Positions 39,496 through 50,106 are shown, counted from the first letter of the stretch. The stretch: DNA of 57,299 nt from Promethearchaeota archaeon (GCA_048941015.1 JBHLNZ010000014.1:1-57299), one strand, 5' to 3'. Program-made: numbers and translations. The notes: generated by a model not told the origin, from the letters alone.

Positions 39496-41175
39496 ATGGG
39501 AAAAGATAAAAAGAAGAAGAAAAAGAGTAAAAGTAAAGGAGATTCTGATACATTTTCTGCTTTTATGGGTTCTGGAAAAGGAAAATCGAAAGCTAAAGGT
39601 GCATCAGCAGCAACTTGGGAAATATCATTAGGTAATTCAATCGATCGATCAAAAGATCAGCTATTTCTGGGCACTGATTATCGCGAAGTTTATATTCCTG
39701 AAAGATCTTGGGGAGAAATATTAATTGATGTGGAACATTGGACGCCGTTGCCCTACACTCATGGTATCGAAATGGAATTAATAATCGCTGATGACCAAGG
39801 AAATTATCCCCCCGGCGATGAGATGGTTTTCCGAATGAAAGAGATAGTTAAAGATGCCATTAAAATCATGGACCAAATATTATATGAAGGCAGAGATGAT
39901 TTTTATCCGGTTCCAGATTATATCCGTTCTAAAGTTACTGCACGTCCTTACGGGCGAGAAGATTTAGAGAAAGGTTATGCAATGGATATAAGATATAGGT
40001 TACCAAATAATGCTGAAGTAGATATCGATACGTTTGCGAGGGATGGGAATGTCACAGCGGTGACTTATATCTTAGAACTCGTAACTCCGCCCTGCGAATA
40101 TGTTGAAGAGTTAGCATTTTGGGCTAGTACACTATTTTTATTAGCCAAAACGACTTTACCCACAGATTTGCACATTATTGCATCCGCAATCAACCCAGCA
40201 GCAAAAGAATACATGAGAGGATTATCTCAAGCAGACCATTCACACATAGGCTCTTTTGGATCAGAATTGGAAAAGGTACAGGCATATTGTATGATTAGAA
40301 ATTTTATCCCTCACATTATCGCACTTACATGTAATTCACCAATAATTAATAATAAACCCACTGACGTTGTCAAGATTGTCAATGGGAGGATTACTGCCCC
40401 CAATTGTGTACGTTCTTTAAGATTGAAAAGCAATACTACAATGCTTAGTAATAATGACCCTAATCATTATATTCCTTATATAACTGATTCAGAACAAAAT
40501 ACTATCAATTACTTTCTCCAAGTAGTCCAGAAAGCAAGCCTGGAGGACGGCCGATTCCAGGATGTTTTTCCTTTTACTGATTGGGGAACAATTGAGGTAC
40601 GAATTAGTGATGCTCAGATATCAATTTGTAGACGTATTGGTATAGTACTTTTATTACAAGCCATGTGTTATAAATCAAGTAAATTATTAAAAAAAGGTAA
40701 ATGGGTTCCTGATGCAGGTTCAGAAACAATAGCAACAAATCGTAAAGGTGCTATAGAAAGAGGTTTGATTTCACTATTTCGTCCTGCTCCTAATTTAACA
40801 AGAGAACATCTTGCACAATATGATCCTGATTTTGCTGAGCAATATTTAGGTCCCCAAAATCAGCCAGTACGATATATGATGCAGGCTGTTCAGAGAATGT
40901 TCTTTTATTTAAAAAATGAATTGAAAGAATTAGGATTTCTTTATTCACCATTTTTAAAGCCTATACTTCAGTCTGTTTTTGGAAGCGTAAGTTATGCTGA
41001 ACCACCAATAACGGAAGCTGAATATCAATTATCCTTATATGATTATAAATTAAAAAATGGAGAGGATCCAAGTATTTTATGGGATTTAATTTATTTTACG
41101 ATTCAATATTGTCAAGATCCTATAAATAATCCTTTGACAGGAGTCTTAACTCTCCCAAAAGAAATGCGCGATTAA
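39496..41175 (+). CDS. Glutamate-cysteine ligase-2 (GCS2/YbdK)-fold carboxylate-amine ligase with lysine-rich N-terminus
   Basis: HGIEMELII, LELVTPP, HSHIG, IALTCNSP, GTIEVRISDAQ; ATG at 39496 preferred over the track's GTG at 39484; starts MGKDKKKKKKSKSKG. Confidence 0.8.
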   Translation: MGKDKKKKKKSKSKGDSDTFSAFMGSGKGKSKAKGASAATWEISLGNSIDRSKDQLFLGTDYREVYIPERSWGEILIDVEHWTPLPYTHGIEMELIIADDQGNYPPGDEMVFRMKEIVKDAIKIMDQILYEGRDDFYPVPDYIRSKVTARPYGREDLEKGYAMDIRYRLPNNAEVDIDTFARDGNVTAVTYILELVTPPCEYVEELAFWASTLFLLAKTTLPTDLHIIASAINPAAKEYMRGLSQADHSHIGSFGSELEKVQAYCMIRNFIPHIIALTCNSPIINNKPTDVVKIVNGRITAPNCVRSLRLKSNTTMLSNNDPNHYIPYITDSEQNTINYFLQVVQKASLEDGRFQDVFPFTDWGTIEVRISDAQISICRRIGIVLLLQAMCYKSSKLLKKGKWVPDAGSETIATNRKGAIERGLISLFRPAPNLTREHLAQYDPDFAEQYLGPQNQPVRYMMQAVQRMFFYLKNELKELGFLYSPFLKPILQSVFGSVSYAEPPITEAEYQLSLYDYKLKNGEDPSILWDLIYFTIQYCQDPINNPLTGVLTLPKEMRD

Positions 41176-41228
41176 AAATAAGAAAAAATAAAAGTTAAAA
41201 TTTTAATAAAAAAAAATGATAAAAAATA

Positions 41229-42767
41229 ATGTTAACAGCCACTATTGAACAAGATGGAAAGACAAGAGTTGAACATATATTTGTAATTGATGCCCATTCT
41301 CATCTCGGTCAAGATGTAGATGGAGCTACAATGATGAATCCACTCGCACCAGGTACTGGAACATTTGATTTTTGGGGAAATGTTCAAGGAAGAATTAGAA
41401 CAGATTGGCTAAATACAGGTGAACAATCATTTAGAACCAATATTGATGGTAAGCATTGTAGAATTTCATGGTCATTTACTCCCTATCCATTCACGGAGAA
41501 ATTATATGACGCATTAGAAAAAATTGGCAAAAAGCATTCAGATTTGAAAGAAAAGTCGAAATTTTATTCGTTTATTGATCAAGGCGTGGTTTTTCCTTTC
41601 CAAGACGTTTTTAGAGATAAACACCCCGAAGCTCTTTATAGAGCTAGCAATATTAATGTTTCCCGATTTACTACACGGTTTCCTTTCTGCATGAAATTAA
41701 TAGGATACGCTCGAGTGGATCCTATGGAAGGACAGAAAGCTGTTAATGAAGTAAGTTACGCTCGGGAGGAATTAGGTTTAAGAGGATTAAAGTTGCATCC
41801 TCGATCCGAGCGATGGATAGATAATATAAATACTAGTAAAGCAGTTGATGTCCTTATAGAAGCTGCAAGCCATTCAATGCCCGTGATATTTGATACAAGA
41901 GGTAGAGGATCTATTTTGGATATTTCAGAGCTAGTAAATTCGACAAGAGGAATAATAACACAACAATATCCAGATTTATTGCCTCATTTTAAGGTAATTA
42001 TTGCTCATTTTGCTCAAGGTAATATTGGTGATCACGATGTTTACAATGCTATTATACAACCTAATACATATGGCGATCTTTCCATGTTACACGGAGAAGG
42101 AGCTGGAAATTTCTTTAAAGACTTCAGACAATGGTTTAAATCAAATAACAAATTTCGAGTAGATAATCGAGATTGGTCCGAATATCTTTTATATGCTTCA
42201 GATTATCCCTATTTTGGAGAAGTTCATGCTCAAAAATTAATAAAGTATATAATTAATAAGCAATTTTTCGATACAGGAGGAAATATTCAGGATGTTAGGA
42301 ATATTATGGGTTTAAACCAACTAAAATTATTACCAGAGTATAATTTACCTCAAACTAACAAAAATGGAAAAAAATTACCAAGCACAATTGTTTCAAATCC
42401 TTCTAATAAAAACGCAAGTGGATTCGAAACAGTAATAACCGTATTAGCCAAATTAATAACTAATAATAGAATAGATGTTAAGAAATTCTGTTTACAATTT
42501 AAAGGAACCTGGGATAAATTTAATGAGGATGTTTTGCTTACTGCTTTAAAAACAACTACAAGAGAAGAAATACAACTAGTTTTAGCTGACTTAATAAAGG
42601 GTCAAGTTTCACTCTTAGCACCCTTAAGTAAAGAAACAAGATGGAATAAATTCGGATATAAATATTTCAATCCAAAAGATCGGGCTTTTTTTACTTCACT
42701 ATTTAAACAATCATATTTAGCCACGGATGAAAATCAGGTTATGGGTTGTTTAAACCAAATTTTTTAA
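41229..42767 (+). CDS. Amidohydrolase-2-family metallohydrolase with C-terminal extension
   Basis: IDAHSHLG, ARVDP, GLKLHP, IIAHF, YASDYP. Confidence 0.85.
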   Translation: MLTATIEQDGKTRVEHIFVIDAHSHLGQDVDGATMMNPLAPGTGTFDFWGNVQGRIRTDWLNTGEQSFRTNIDGKHCRISWSFTPYPFTEKLYDALEKIGKKHSDLKEKSKFYSFIDQGVVFPFQDVFRDKHPEALYRASNINVSRFTTRFPFCMKLIGYARVDPMEGQKAVNEVSYAREELGLRGLKLHPRSERWIDNINTSKAVDVLIEAASHSMPVIFDTRGRGSILDISELVNSTRGIITQQYPDLLPHFKVIIAHFAQGNIGDHDVYNAIIQPNTYGDLSMLHGEGAGNFFKDFRQWFKSNNKFRVDNRDWSEYLLYASDYPYFGEVHAQKLIKYIINKQFFDTGGNIQDVRNIMGLNQLKLLPEYNLPQTNKNGKKLPSTIVSNPSNKNASGFETVITVLAKLITNNRIDVKKFCLQFKGTWDKFNEDVLLTALKTTTREEIQLVLADLIKGQVSLLAPLSKETRWNKFGYKYFNPKDRAFFTSLFKQSYLATDENQVMGCLNQIF

Positions 42768-42924
42768 TTTTAATTTTCTTTCATCTTATTTTTAAAAACT
42801 TAAATCTTAACAATGCATATAATTTGATGTATAAATAAAAAAGATAGATAGTATTATTATAAATTAAGTAATTTAATATTAGAACTACCGTTTCTTATTT
42901 ACTTTTCTTTAATGTGGATAATAA

Positions 42925-44139
42925 TTGAAGGGAATCATAATATTAGGATTTAAAAAAGGTTTTGAACCTTATATAGATACACAGTTTCCAAGTAATATAT
43001 GTGAATTTTTGAATGTGGCTCCCAAAGATTTACATCGTTTATCAGATGAACATATGAAAAGAAAAATGGAACCAAATTTTTTAGATATGCAAATTAAAGA
43101 AAATGTAAATGTTGCTAGTTTTTATTCCGGTTTTACATTTCGCCATTATGTTGGAAAGCCTGATTTTGCAATTACCGTATTTCTTTCTGATGATGATAAG
43201 ACATCTGAGAATTTCGAAGGCATGATAAGACGAATAGCTCATGAATTATTACCTAAAAGAGAAGCATTAAATTTTGATGATATTTTGGGACAGTATTATG
43301 AAATGATGAAAAATGAAGAATTAAGTTCATATTGGGAAGAAATTATTGAGGGCGAAACTACTATTCTGGAAGGTAAGGAAAATGAATCCGTAGAAGAGGC
43401 TAAAATAGAAGAAAAAGAACAAGAATTAGAGAGTGAAAAAGATACTGAATTAACAGATTCTACCCTTGAAATAGATATAGAAACTCTAAAAGCTGAAAAT
43501 GTTGAACTTAAGCACATTTTAGATGAAAAAGCAACAAAAATTAGAGAACTAACTCAAAAATATACAGAATTATCTTCAGAAAAAAAGAATTATATGGAGG
43601 AAATTGAAACACTTAAAAGCGAAATTAGTGAGCAATATATTAAATTAGAGAAATGGAGTCAACAAATGGCTGATCTAAATGAAAATAATGCGAAATTACT
43701 GGAAGAAGTAAAGACATTAACAGAGGATTTATCCAAAAAAGAAAAAGAGTCATTAGAAAAAGAAAATGAAATTGCTAGTTTGAATAAAAATTTAAAGGGC
43801 ACTGAAGATATAGAAAAAGAAGCTAAAAGTTTATTCAAAAAAACGCAGGAGCTGAGAGAAATTAACTCAGCATTGATTATTAAGATGGAAAAAATAGATA
43901 AGCAAAATAAAGAACTTTTAGATGAAGTAGATAAAAATAAAGACGTAATTGATATCCATATGAACACTATAACAAATCTTAAACTTGAACTAAAAGAAGT
44001 AAAAAATAAGTTTGATATTAAAGACGAAGAAAAGGAAAGCATTAAAAATGAGATTTTTGATTTAAAGAAAGAAATAAAAATACTTAGACGAGAGAGAGAT
44101 CATTACAAAAAAATCGTGAAAGAGAATAATCTTCTTTAA
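42925..44139 (+). CDS. Longin/uDENN-like N-terminal domain + long coiled coil
   Basis: N-terminal about 120 aa align with the N-terminus of 50107..51234; residues about 180-404 are heptad-rich in E/K. Confidence 0.75.
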   Translation: MKGIIILGFKKGFEPYIDTQFPSNICEFLNVAPKDLHRLSDEHMKRKMEPNFLDMQIKENVNVASFYSGFTFRHYVGKPDFAITVFLSDDDKTSENFEGMIRRIAHELLPKREALNFDDILGQYYEMMKNEELSSYWEEIIEGETTILEGKENESVEEAKIEEKEQELESEKDTELTDSTLEIDIETLKAENVELKHILDEKATKIRELTQKYTELSSEKKNYMEEIETLKSEISEQYIKLEKWSQQMADLNENNAKLLEEVKTLTEDLSKKEKESLEKENEIASLNKNLKGTEDIEKEAKSLFKKTQELREINSALIIKMEKIDKQNKELLDEVDKNKDVIDIHMNTITNLKLELKEVKNKFDIKDEEKESIKNEIFDLKKEIKILRRERDHYKKIVKENNLL

Positions 44140-44299
44140 AAGAAAGATTTTCCTTTTTTTCATACGGTTTTTATTATGTTAATTAGGAAAAACATATTTT
44201 TATATAGACATACTTTTTTAATAATAATAACAGTTTTAAACTTAAAATTCTAATATATTATATAAAATATCAAATTAAGAATGGTGTATTGTTATTAGT

Positions 44300-44749
44300 T
44301 TGGATACGAAGAGTTTTGACAATATCCTTTCAAAAATAATAAAATCCGAGAGCGGAATCAAGAAAGTCATTTTAGTTGATAGAACTGGATTGACTATCGC
44401 AAGTGTCTCAAAATTTTCATACTTTCCCGCTGATGTAGATGGGATTGGTGCGATAGCGAGTGCTGTATTCTGTGCATCGGAGGAACAAGGTAAAAATCTT
44501 GAATTAGGGGACTTAGAAATAGTTACAAGTGAATTTTCAGGTGGAAAGATTTTTGCTTCAAGTTGTGGACCTAAAGGTGTACTTACGCTTATATCTGACC
44601 CTGAAATCAATATTGGGTTAATTAGATTAATTCTTAAACGTTCAGGTGATGAATTAAAAGAAATTCTTGATGAATTCTTATCTGATATTCCTGATACATT
44701 AGATTCAGGTCTAGATTTAAGTGATTTGGATGAATTAACTCCAGATTAA
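44300..44749 (+). CDS. Roadblock/LC7 (MglB/LAMTOR-like) protein with acidic tail
   Basis: VILVDRTGLTIAS, IGAIASAVF, LELGDL, INIGLIRL; tail DIPDTLDSGLDLSDLDELTPD. Confidence 0.9.
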   Translation: MDTKSFDNILSKIIKSESGIKKVILVDRTGLTIASVSKFSYFPADVDGIGAIASAVFCASEEQGKNLELGDLEIVTSEFSGGKIFASSCGPKGVLTLISDPEINIGLIRLILKRSGDELKEILDEFLSDIPDTLDSGLDLSDLDELTPD

Positions 44750-44849
44750 AAAATTATTATCAAACAATATCCAATTACTATTTTCTGCTCTCTTCTAGAG
44801 CAATTAATATTTCTCCTTCTAAATAATTTCTTAAAGGTTTGAACCTGAT

Positions 44850-45014
44850 ATGAGACCTGATATTGAAAAGAGACTTCATAGGGTTGAAATAAGGCTAGAT
44901 AAAAGTAAAATAAAATGTACTCTTTCAAATCAATGCAATCAAGCAGAAAATTGTTATAGATGCAATGAATTTTATACAAAATGTAACATTTACAAGCAAA
45001 ATTATTTTAAGTAA
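44850..45014 (+). CDS. 54-aa cysteine-rich microprotein (not in ORF track)
   Basis: Manual translation MRPDIEKRLHRVEIRLDKSKIKCTLSNQCNQAENCYRCNEFYTKCNIYKQNYFK*; C-x5-C-x5-C-x2-C-x6-C; same strand as both neighbours. Confidence 0.65.
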   Translation: MRPDIEKRLHRVEIRLDKSKIKCTLSNQCNQAENCYRCNEFYTKCNIYKQNYFK

Positions 45015-45065
45015 GCAATTAAAGATAGTATAAAATTAGAAAATCATTTATTTTGGTATATTAAA

Positions 45066-45866
45066 ATGGATCTAGGAATAGAAGGGAAAGTAAGTTTGGT
45101 TTTAGCATCAAGTAAAGGGTTAGGATTAGCTTGCGCAAAGGAATTTTATCGTGAAGGAGCTAACGTAATAATATGTAGTCGTTCTCAAGAAAATCTAGAA
45201 AAAGCAAAAAATCAGATTAGAAGTTTATATCCTGGAAAAAAAAATGAAATATTTTCTCTTGTTGCTGATTTACAGTATGCTGATCAAATAGAAATATTAA
45301 TAGAAAAAGTCATAAAAGAATTTGGGACAATTGATATATTGGTTCATAATGCTGGTGGACCTCCATCTGCTCCAATTAATAAAATTACAAAAAATGATTG
45401 GGAAAACTCAATCAATCTTAATCTATTGTCTTTTATTAGAATTACCGAGTTGGTGATACCTTATATGCAGAAACAACAATCTGGAAGAATAATTGCAATA
45501 ACCTCTGTTTCTGTTAAACAACCTTTAAATAATTTAGTATTATCAAATACTACAAGATTGGGAGTTGTTGGTTTTGCTAAAACGCTTGCAAATGAATATG
45601 CTCAAGACAATATATTAGTGAATGTTGTTTGTCCTGGACCTAATCTCACTGATCGAATGAAAGAAATAATTAAAACACAAGTAGAAACTATGGGGAAATC
45701 TTATGAGGAGATTGAGAAAATGTGGATAGATCCAATACCTTTGGGACGATTTGGCAAACCTGAAGAATTAGCAAATTTAGTTGTTTTTCTAGCATCAGAG
45801 AAAGCAAGTTATATAACTGGAACGACAATTCAAGTTGACGGAGGATTTATAAAAGCTCCCTTCTAA
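45066..45866 (+). CDS. Short-chain dehydrogenase/reductase, atypical SNxxR active site
   Basis: LASSKGLG, HNAGGP, LSNTTR, PLGRFGKPEE, YITG..IQVDGG. Confidence 0.92.
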   Translation: MDLGIEGKVSLVLASSKGLGLACAKEFYREGANVIICSRSQENLEKAKNQIRSLYPGKKNEIFSLVADLQYADQIEILIEKVIKEFGTIDILVHNAGGPPSAPINKITKNDWENSINLNLLSFIRITELVIPYMQKQQSGRIIAITSVSVKQPLNNLVLSNTTRLGVVGFAKTLANEYAQDNILVNVVCPGPNLTDRMKEIIKTQVETMGKSYEEIEKMWIDPIPLGRFGKPEELANLVVFLASEKASYITGTTIQVDGGFIKAPF

Positions 45867-46066
45867 AAAGACTTTTTATTATCAAGTATTATTCTGATAT
45901 TACTTCTAAAAAAATATTTATGAAATAAGTAAATAAATTTTTATACACCAGACTAACATTATTTATCTAAATATTTGGATAATAATTGCAATTCTTCTTT
46001 TAAAATAATTGCTAATTTATTGATTAAACAAAATTTAGATTAAAAATTGTAGTATGGTGATTATGA

Positions 46067-49000
46067 TTGCCAGGAAAAATATATCGAGTTTTAAGATTAA
46101 AGAATTATAAGAAAAAAAGATTTTTAGTTCTTTCGAGTATTTTAATCAGTTTCATTTTAATGGCTGCTTTAAAAAATCTTGATATTTATGCTAATTTAGG
46201 ATTAGAAGATCAAAAACTTGTCAATTATGAAGATATTCAGATTGAAAATTTAAAAACTCAAGATTTGGCTTTTGATAATACTTTTACCGGTAAAGGGAGT
46301 GCTTGGAATATAACTCACTATGCTAATCGAACAAAAACTAATTTGGAGGTAAGTTTTAATAACAACTCTTATGATGCTTCTCAACAAGTAGAATTAGAGA
46401 ATGGATGGATGGGATATCAATTAAATTCTACAGTAAATAATTTATATATTACAAGGAATTTAGTTAATGGGACATTTCATGCTGGTACATATACAGGAGG
46501 CTCTCCTCCACCTTTATATGATGATAGTTCGTATGTTGCTAATTGGACATTTGGTGAATATGATGTCCCTGCTCATACAAATACAATGTCGGGAAATTAT
46601 TTAGACGAGACTCATAGTGATTCAGATGGTGCAGATTGCTTACAATTAAGAATCAATAGAGCTGGAGGTGGTTACTTTGATCAAGGTGATATTTGTTGGT
46701 GGACTACTACATTTTCAATTCCTCAAGGAGCAGTAGAAGAAGGATGGATAAACTTTGCTATAAATCCATCATATTATGATGATTATGCTAATCATTTTGA
46801 AATCCGTTTTATAATAAACAATACAATTGTGTGGAATGCGGCTCTTTTATCATTAAAAAATGAAATTGATAATGCACTTGGTTATGTTGGATGGTATGAT
46901 ATAGAAAAGAATATTAATAATATTCAACAATTAATTCCAGACGGAACAACAGAAACGAATGTGACTATTGAATTAGAAAGAATTGGACAAACACAAGGTA
47001 CTTATACCGTTGATTATGGTGTATTAGTTGATAACGTAACTCTAATTGTAAAAACCAAAGCAAATCCAACTGAAATTGAATTAAAATTAAACAATAAACA
47101 AATCTATGACGATCCTGTAAATGATGGTGAGGGTTTTCTTGGAATTGAAGGTACTTGGAATGGGACTGAACAATCCTCAGTAATCGCTAATTTTAGTAGT
47201 AATATTAATTGGCCTTTAGTTTTTGATGATGATGGAAATTTAAGAAGTTATAAGATTGATCTTAAAACAAATTTAGCTTTATATATAAATAAGTCTACCC
47301 CTGAAAGTTATTATATAGCTGATCCTGATCTAAATTATCAAGGCTCAGCTTTTATAGTATCTAATAATAGCAATGTAAATTGGACAACATATGCACATAT
47401 GGAGATTCCAGCAGGATATGAAGAAACGAATATGACAATTGAATATCCTCTCGATGTTAATTTAACTGGAATAATTTTTTCTCAAAGTGATTCTCTTTCT
47501 CAAGCCTCTGTTAAAGAATATGGAAATTCAAAAGTTGTAAATATTCCAGTAAGTTCCATAACAGGTAATACAAATGGATTCTGGAAGTTAACTGCAGAAT
47601 CACCGAATTACTGTAAAGAAATGGAAATATATAATAATGTTACAGGCGATTGGGAACTGAATAATGAATTTCTTAGCGGAGAATATATTAACATTACTGC
47701 GAAAATTAATAATTCTCAATTGATTTCTGGCTACATTCAACAAACTCTAGCTCAACTTCAAATAAAATTTCCAAATGGTACAATCTGGTCGACGCAAAAT
47801 CAAATAAAGGCTGTAGATAACATAGGTATGGTGTATTTTGACCCGATTAAAATACCAAATGATGTTCCAAATTATGAAGCAGGAGAATATGAAGCGATTA
47901 TTACTTGGAATAATTCATATTTATCCTTTGAATTAAATGAAACAGGTATTATTTATAAAAATTTTATAGTAATCCATGATTCTTTACTTTACCCTGATCA
48001 AGGTACATTTTTCATTGAGAATGTAATTGACGATAGAATAATTAATATAAAGGTTTCATTTAGAGATCTAATAGATGGAACTGCCATTGAAAATGCACAG
48101 GTATACACTGATTTTACAGGAATAGACGAAACTCTAAGTGAAACCAGTCCAGGATTTTATTTATATGAGTTTAATGCAACCAATGCTAACGCAGGAAACA
48201 ATACTGTCACAATTTATGCAAATTCAACCTACTATTCAAATAAAATCATAAATATTACAGTTGAAGTAATTAAAGAGACGATTCTGAATGTTGAAACTGA
48301 TTTTTTTACTGTTCCTTGGAATCAAAATTTTACAGTAAAATTTAATTATACTGAAAAGAATAATCCTGAAAATGGTATTGATACAGCAGATATAACTATT
48401 GATGAGTGGCTCGGTGATTATCACTTAACCCAACCCAGTATTGGACAATATGAATTAGAATGTAATACATCTGCTTATGCTGCACTTACACTTCAATCAT
48501 TCATAATTTCAATAAATCAGTATAAATATGAGCCCCAATCTGTTTTAATTAGGGTTTCAATATCGGAATTAGAGACTTCTTTAATATTATATGTGGACAG
48601 TGATGAAAAAAGCGATGGTGATAAAATTCAAGTTCAAGCTAATGAAGTCATAAATGTTACAGTATTATACCAAGATAATATAACCAAACAACATCTTAGT
48701 GGAGCGGAAGTATCTCTATCAGGAAATGGAAATTTTACCGAAATAAATAACCAGTACAACTACACCATAAATACCAATGATTTAAATCAAACAATTACAC
48801 CATTAACCATATTTGCTGATTTGGATAATTACGAATCTAAAAGTATTGAATTCTTAGTTGAAATAATTGATAGAGAAACAGATTTACTATTATTCTTAGA
48901 TACTGTTCCAAAAAATGATAGTGCTAAAATTCAAGTAGAAGTTAATGAATTTATAAATGTTACAGTAATTTATCGAGATAATGAATCTGGGCAATTTCTT

Positions 49001-50086
49001 AGTGGAGCTGATGTAGCTTTATTAGAAAGAGGAAATTTCACGGAAATAAATAATCAATATAATTATACCATAGATACTAATGATTTAAATCAAGGAATTA
49101 CAATTTTAACGGTGTATGCAGAGTTAGATAAATATCAGCCTCAGATTTTTTACTTCTACGTTGAAGTAGTTGAAAGAGAATCAGATTTGAAATTATTAAT
49201 CGATGAAGATGATATGACTCTTGATCCGGTTATAACTGATACGATTGACAAAATATTAAACATCACAATCTATTATACTGATAATCAAACTGGAACTCAT
49301 ATTGGGGGTGCATCAGTTCAATTGATCCAATTGGTTGGGGAGGGTGGTACAATAGACTTCAACGAAACTTTAAATCAATATAGTGTGTTTCTGAATACTT
49401 CAGATTTGAAAATTGGGGTGAATCTTTTTTCAATTGTAGCTCATGCTAATAATTACCAAATTAAAACAATAGATTTAAGAATTACTGTTAACAGAATAAA
49501 GATAACACCTAGCATTTTAACAGGAGAATCTTATCTAACTGGATTTAAAGGAGAAACTGTTCGTTTAAAAATTATCTTAAATGATACGAATGTACTTCCT
49601 TCTGGAGAGCTCATTAAAAATGCTAATGTAACCTTTATGTGGTCTTATGGAGGGGGAAGACTTTTGGATCCTGAAAATGACGGTATTTATGAAGCAGATT
49701 TAGATCTAAGTGTGCCAATCGAAACATACATTCTAAGAATATATGTTGAAGATGAATTTAATGAATATGTCTTTGAGTATAATTCAGAGAATGGTTATGA
49801 GATTACTTTGAATGTTAATGCAAGGCCTGGATTGGATCTAACATGGTTAATTATTATATTTTCTGCCGCCATAATAGGACTTATTTCAATTTTTACCGCA
49901 TATCAGAAGCACTATAAGTATCCACCTATGGTAAGGAAAATTAGAAAAATAAGAAAAAAAATTAGAAAAAGTAAAAAAACTAAACCAATAATGATTACTG
50001 AACGAGAAGATTTAATTAACAATCTTTTGGAAGATAAAAAGGAATCAAGTAAATTATCGAAAAAAGAATTCTTAGAGTTAAAGTAA
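46067..50086 (+). CDS. Large membrane-anchored cell-surface glycoprotein with Ig-like repeats
   Basis: N-terminal basic + hydrophobic signal segment; many N-x-S/T sequons; about 100-aa repeats; C-terminal TM (WLIIIFSAAIIGLISIF) then basic PPMVRKIRKIRKKIRK. Confidence 0.85.
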   Translation: MPGKIYRVLRLKNYKKKRFLVLSSILISFILMAALKNLDIYANLGLEDQKLVNYEDIQIENLKTQDLAFDNTFTGKGSAWNITHYANRTKTNLEVSFNNNSYDASQQVELENGWMGYQLNSTVNNLYITRNLVNGTFHAGTYTGGSPPPLYDDSSYVANWTFGEYDVPAHTNTMSGNYLDETHSDSDGADCLQLRINRAGGGYFDQGDICWWTTTFSIPQGAVEEGWINFAINPSYYDDYANHFEIRFIINNTIVWNAALLSLKNEIDNALGYVGWYDIEKNINNIQQLIPDGTTETNVTIELERIGQTQGTYTVDYGVLVDNVTLIVKTKANPTEIELKLNNKQIYDDPVNDGEGFLGIEGTWNGTEQSSVIANFSSNINWPLVFDDDGNLRSYKIDLKTNLALYINKSTPESYYIADPDLNYQGSAFIVSNNSNVNWTTYAHMEIPAGYEETNMTIEYPLDVNLTGIIFSQSDSLSQASVKEYGNSKVVNIPVSSITGNTNGFWKLTAESPNYCKEMEIYNNVTGDWELNNEFLSGEYINITAKINNSQLISGYIQQTLAQLQIKFPNGTIWSTQNQIKAVDNIGMVYFDPIKIPNDVPNYEAGEYEAIITWNNSYLSFELNETGIIYKNFIVIHDSLLYPDQGTFFIENVIDDRIINIKVSFRDLIDGTAIENAQVYTDFTGIDETLSETSPGFYLYEFNATNANAGNNTVTIYANSTYYSNKIINITVEVIKETILNVETDFFTVPWNQNFTVKFNYTEKNNPENGIDTADITIDEWLGDYHLTQPSIGQYELECNTSAYAALTLQSFIISINQYKYEPQSVLIRVSISELETSLILYVDSDEKSDGDKIQVQANEVINVTVLYQDNITKQHLSGAEVSLSGNGNFTEINNQYNYTINTNDLNQTITPLTIFADLDNYESKSIEFLVEIIDRETDLLLFLDTVPKNDSAKIQVEVNEFINVTVIYRDNESGQFLSGADVALLERGNFTEINNQYNYTIDTNDLNQGITILTVYAELDKYQPQIFYFYVEVVERESDLKLLIDEDDMTLDPVITDTIDKILNITIYYTDNQTGTHIGGASVQLIQLVGEGGTIDFNETLNQYSVFLNTSDLKIGVNLFSIVAHANNYQIKTIDLRITVNRIKITPSILTGESYLTGFKGETVRLKIILNDTNVLPSGELIKNANVTFMWSYGGGRLLDPENDGIYEADLDLSVPIETYILRIYVEDEFNEYVFEYNSENGYEITLNVNARPGLDLTWLIIIFSAAIIGLISIFTAYQKHYKYPPMVRKIRKIRKKIRKSKKTKPIMITEREDLINNLLEDKKESSKLSKKEFLELK
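48572..49177 (+). repeat. Tandem 303-nt (101-aa) Ig-like domain duplication inside the surface protein
   Basis: Units start at 48572 and 48875 (a more diverged one at 49178); shared GNFTEINNQYNYTI[N/D]TNDLNQ and INVTV.Y.DN. Confidence 0.85.
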
Positions 50087-50106
50087 AGTAAGAGGAATGA
50101 AATAAA

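Noticed and set aside
44746-44979. 77-aa - strand ORF from the track
   Set aside because: Antisense shadow of the more plausible + strand Cys-rich ORF 44850..45014; TTG start and no motif
45066-45866. SDR lacking YxxxK as a possible pseudo-enzyme novelty
   Set aside because: SNxxR with an ASSxGLG glycine motif is a known, widespread SDR subgroup
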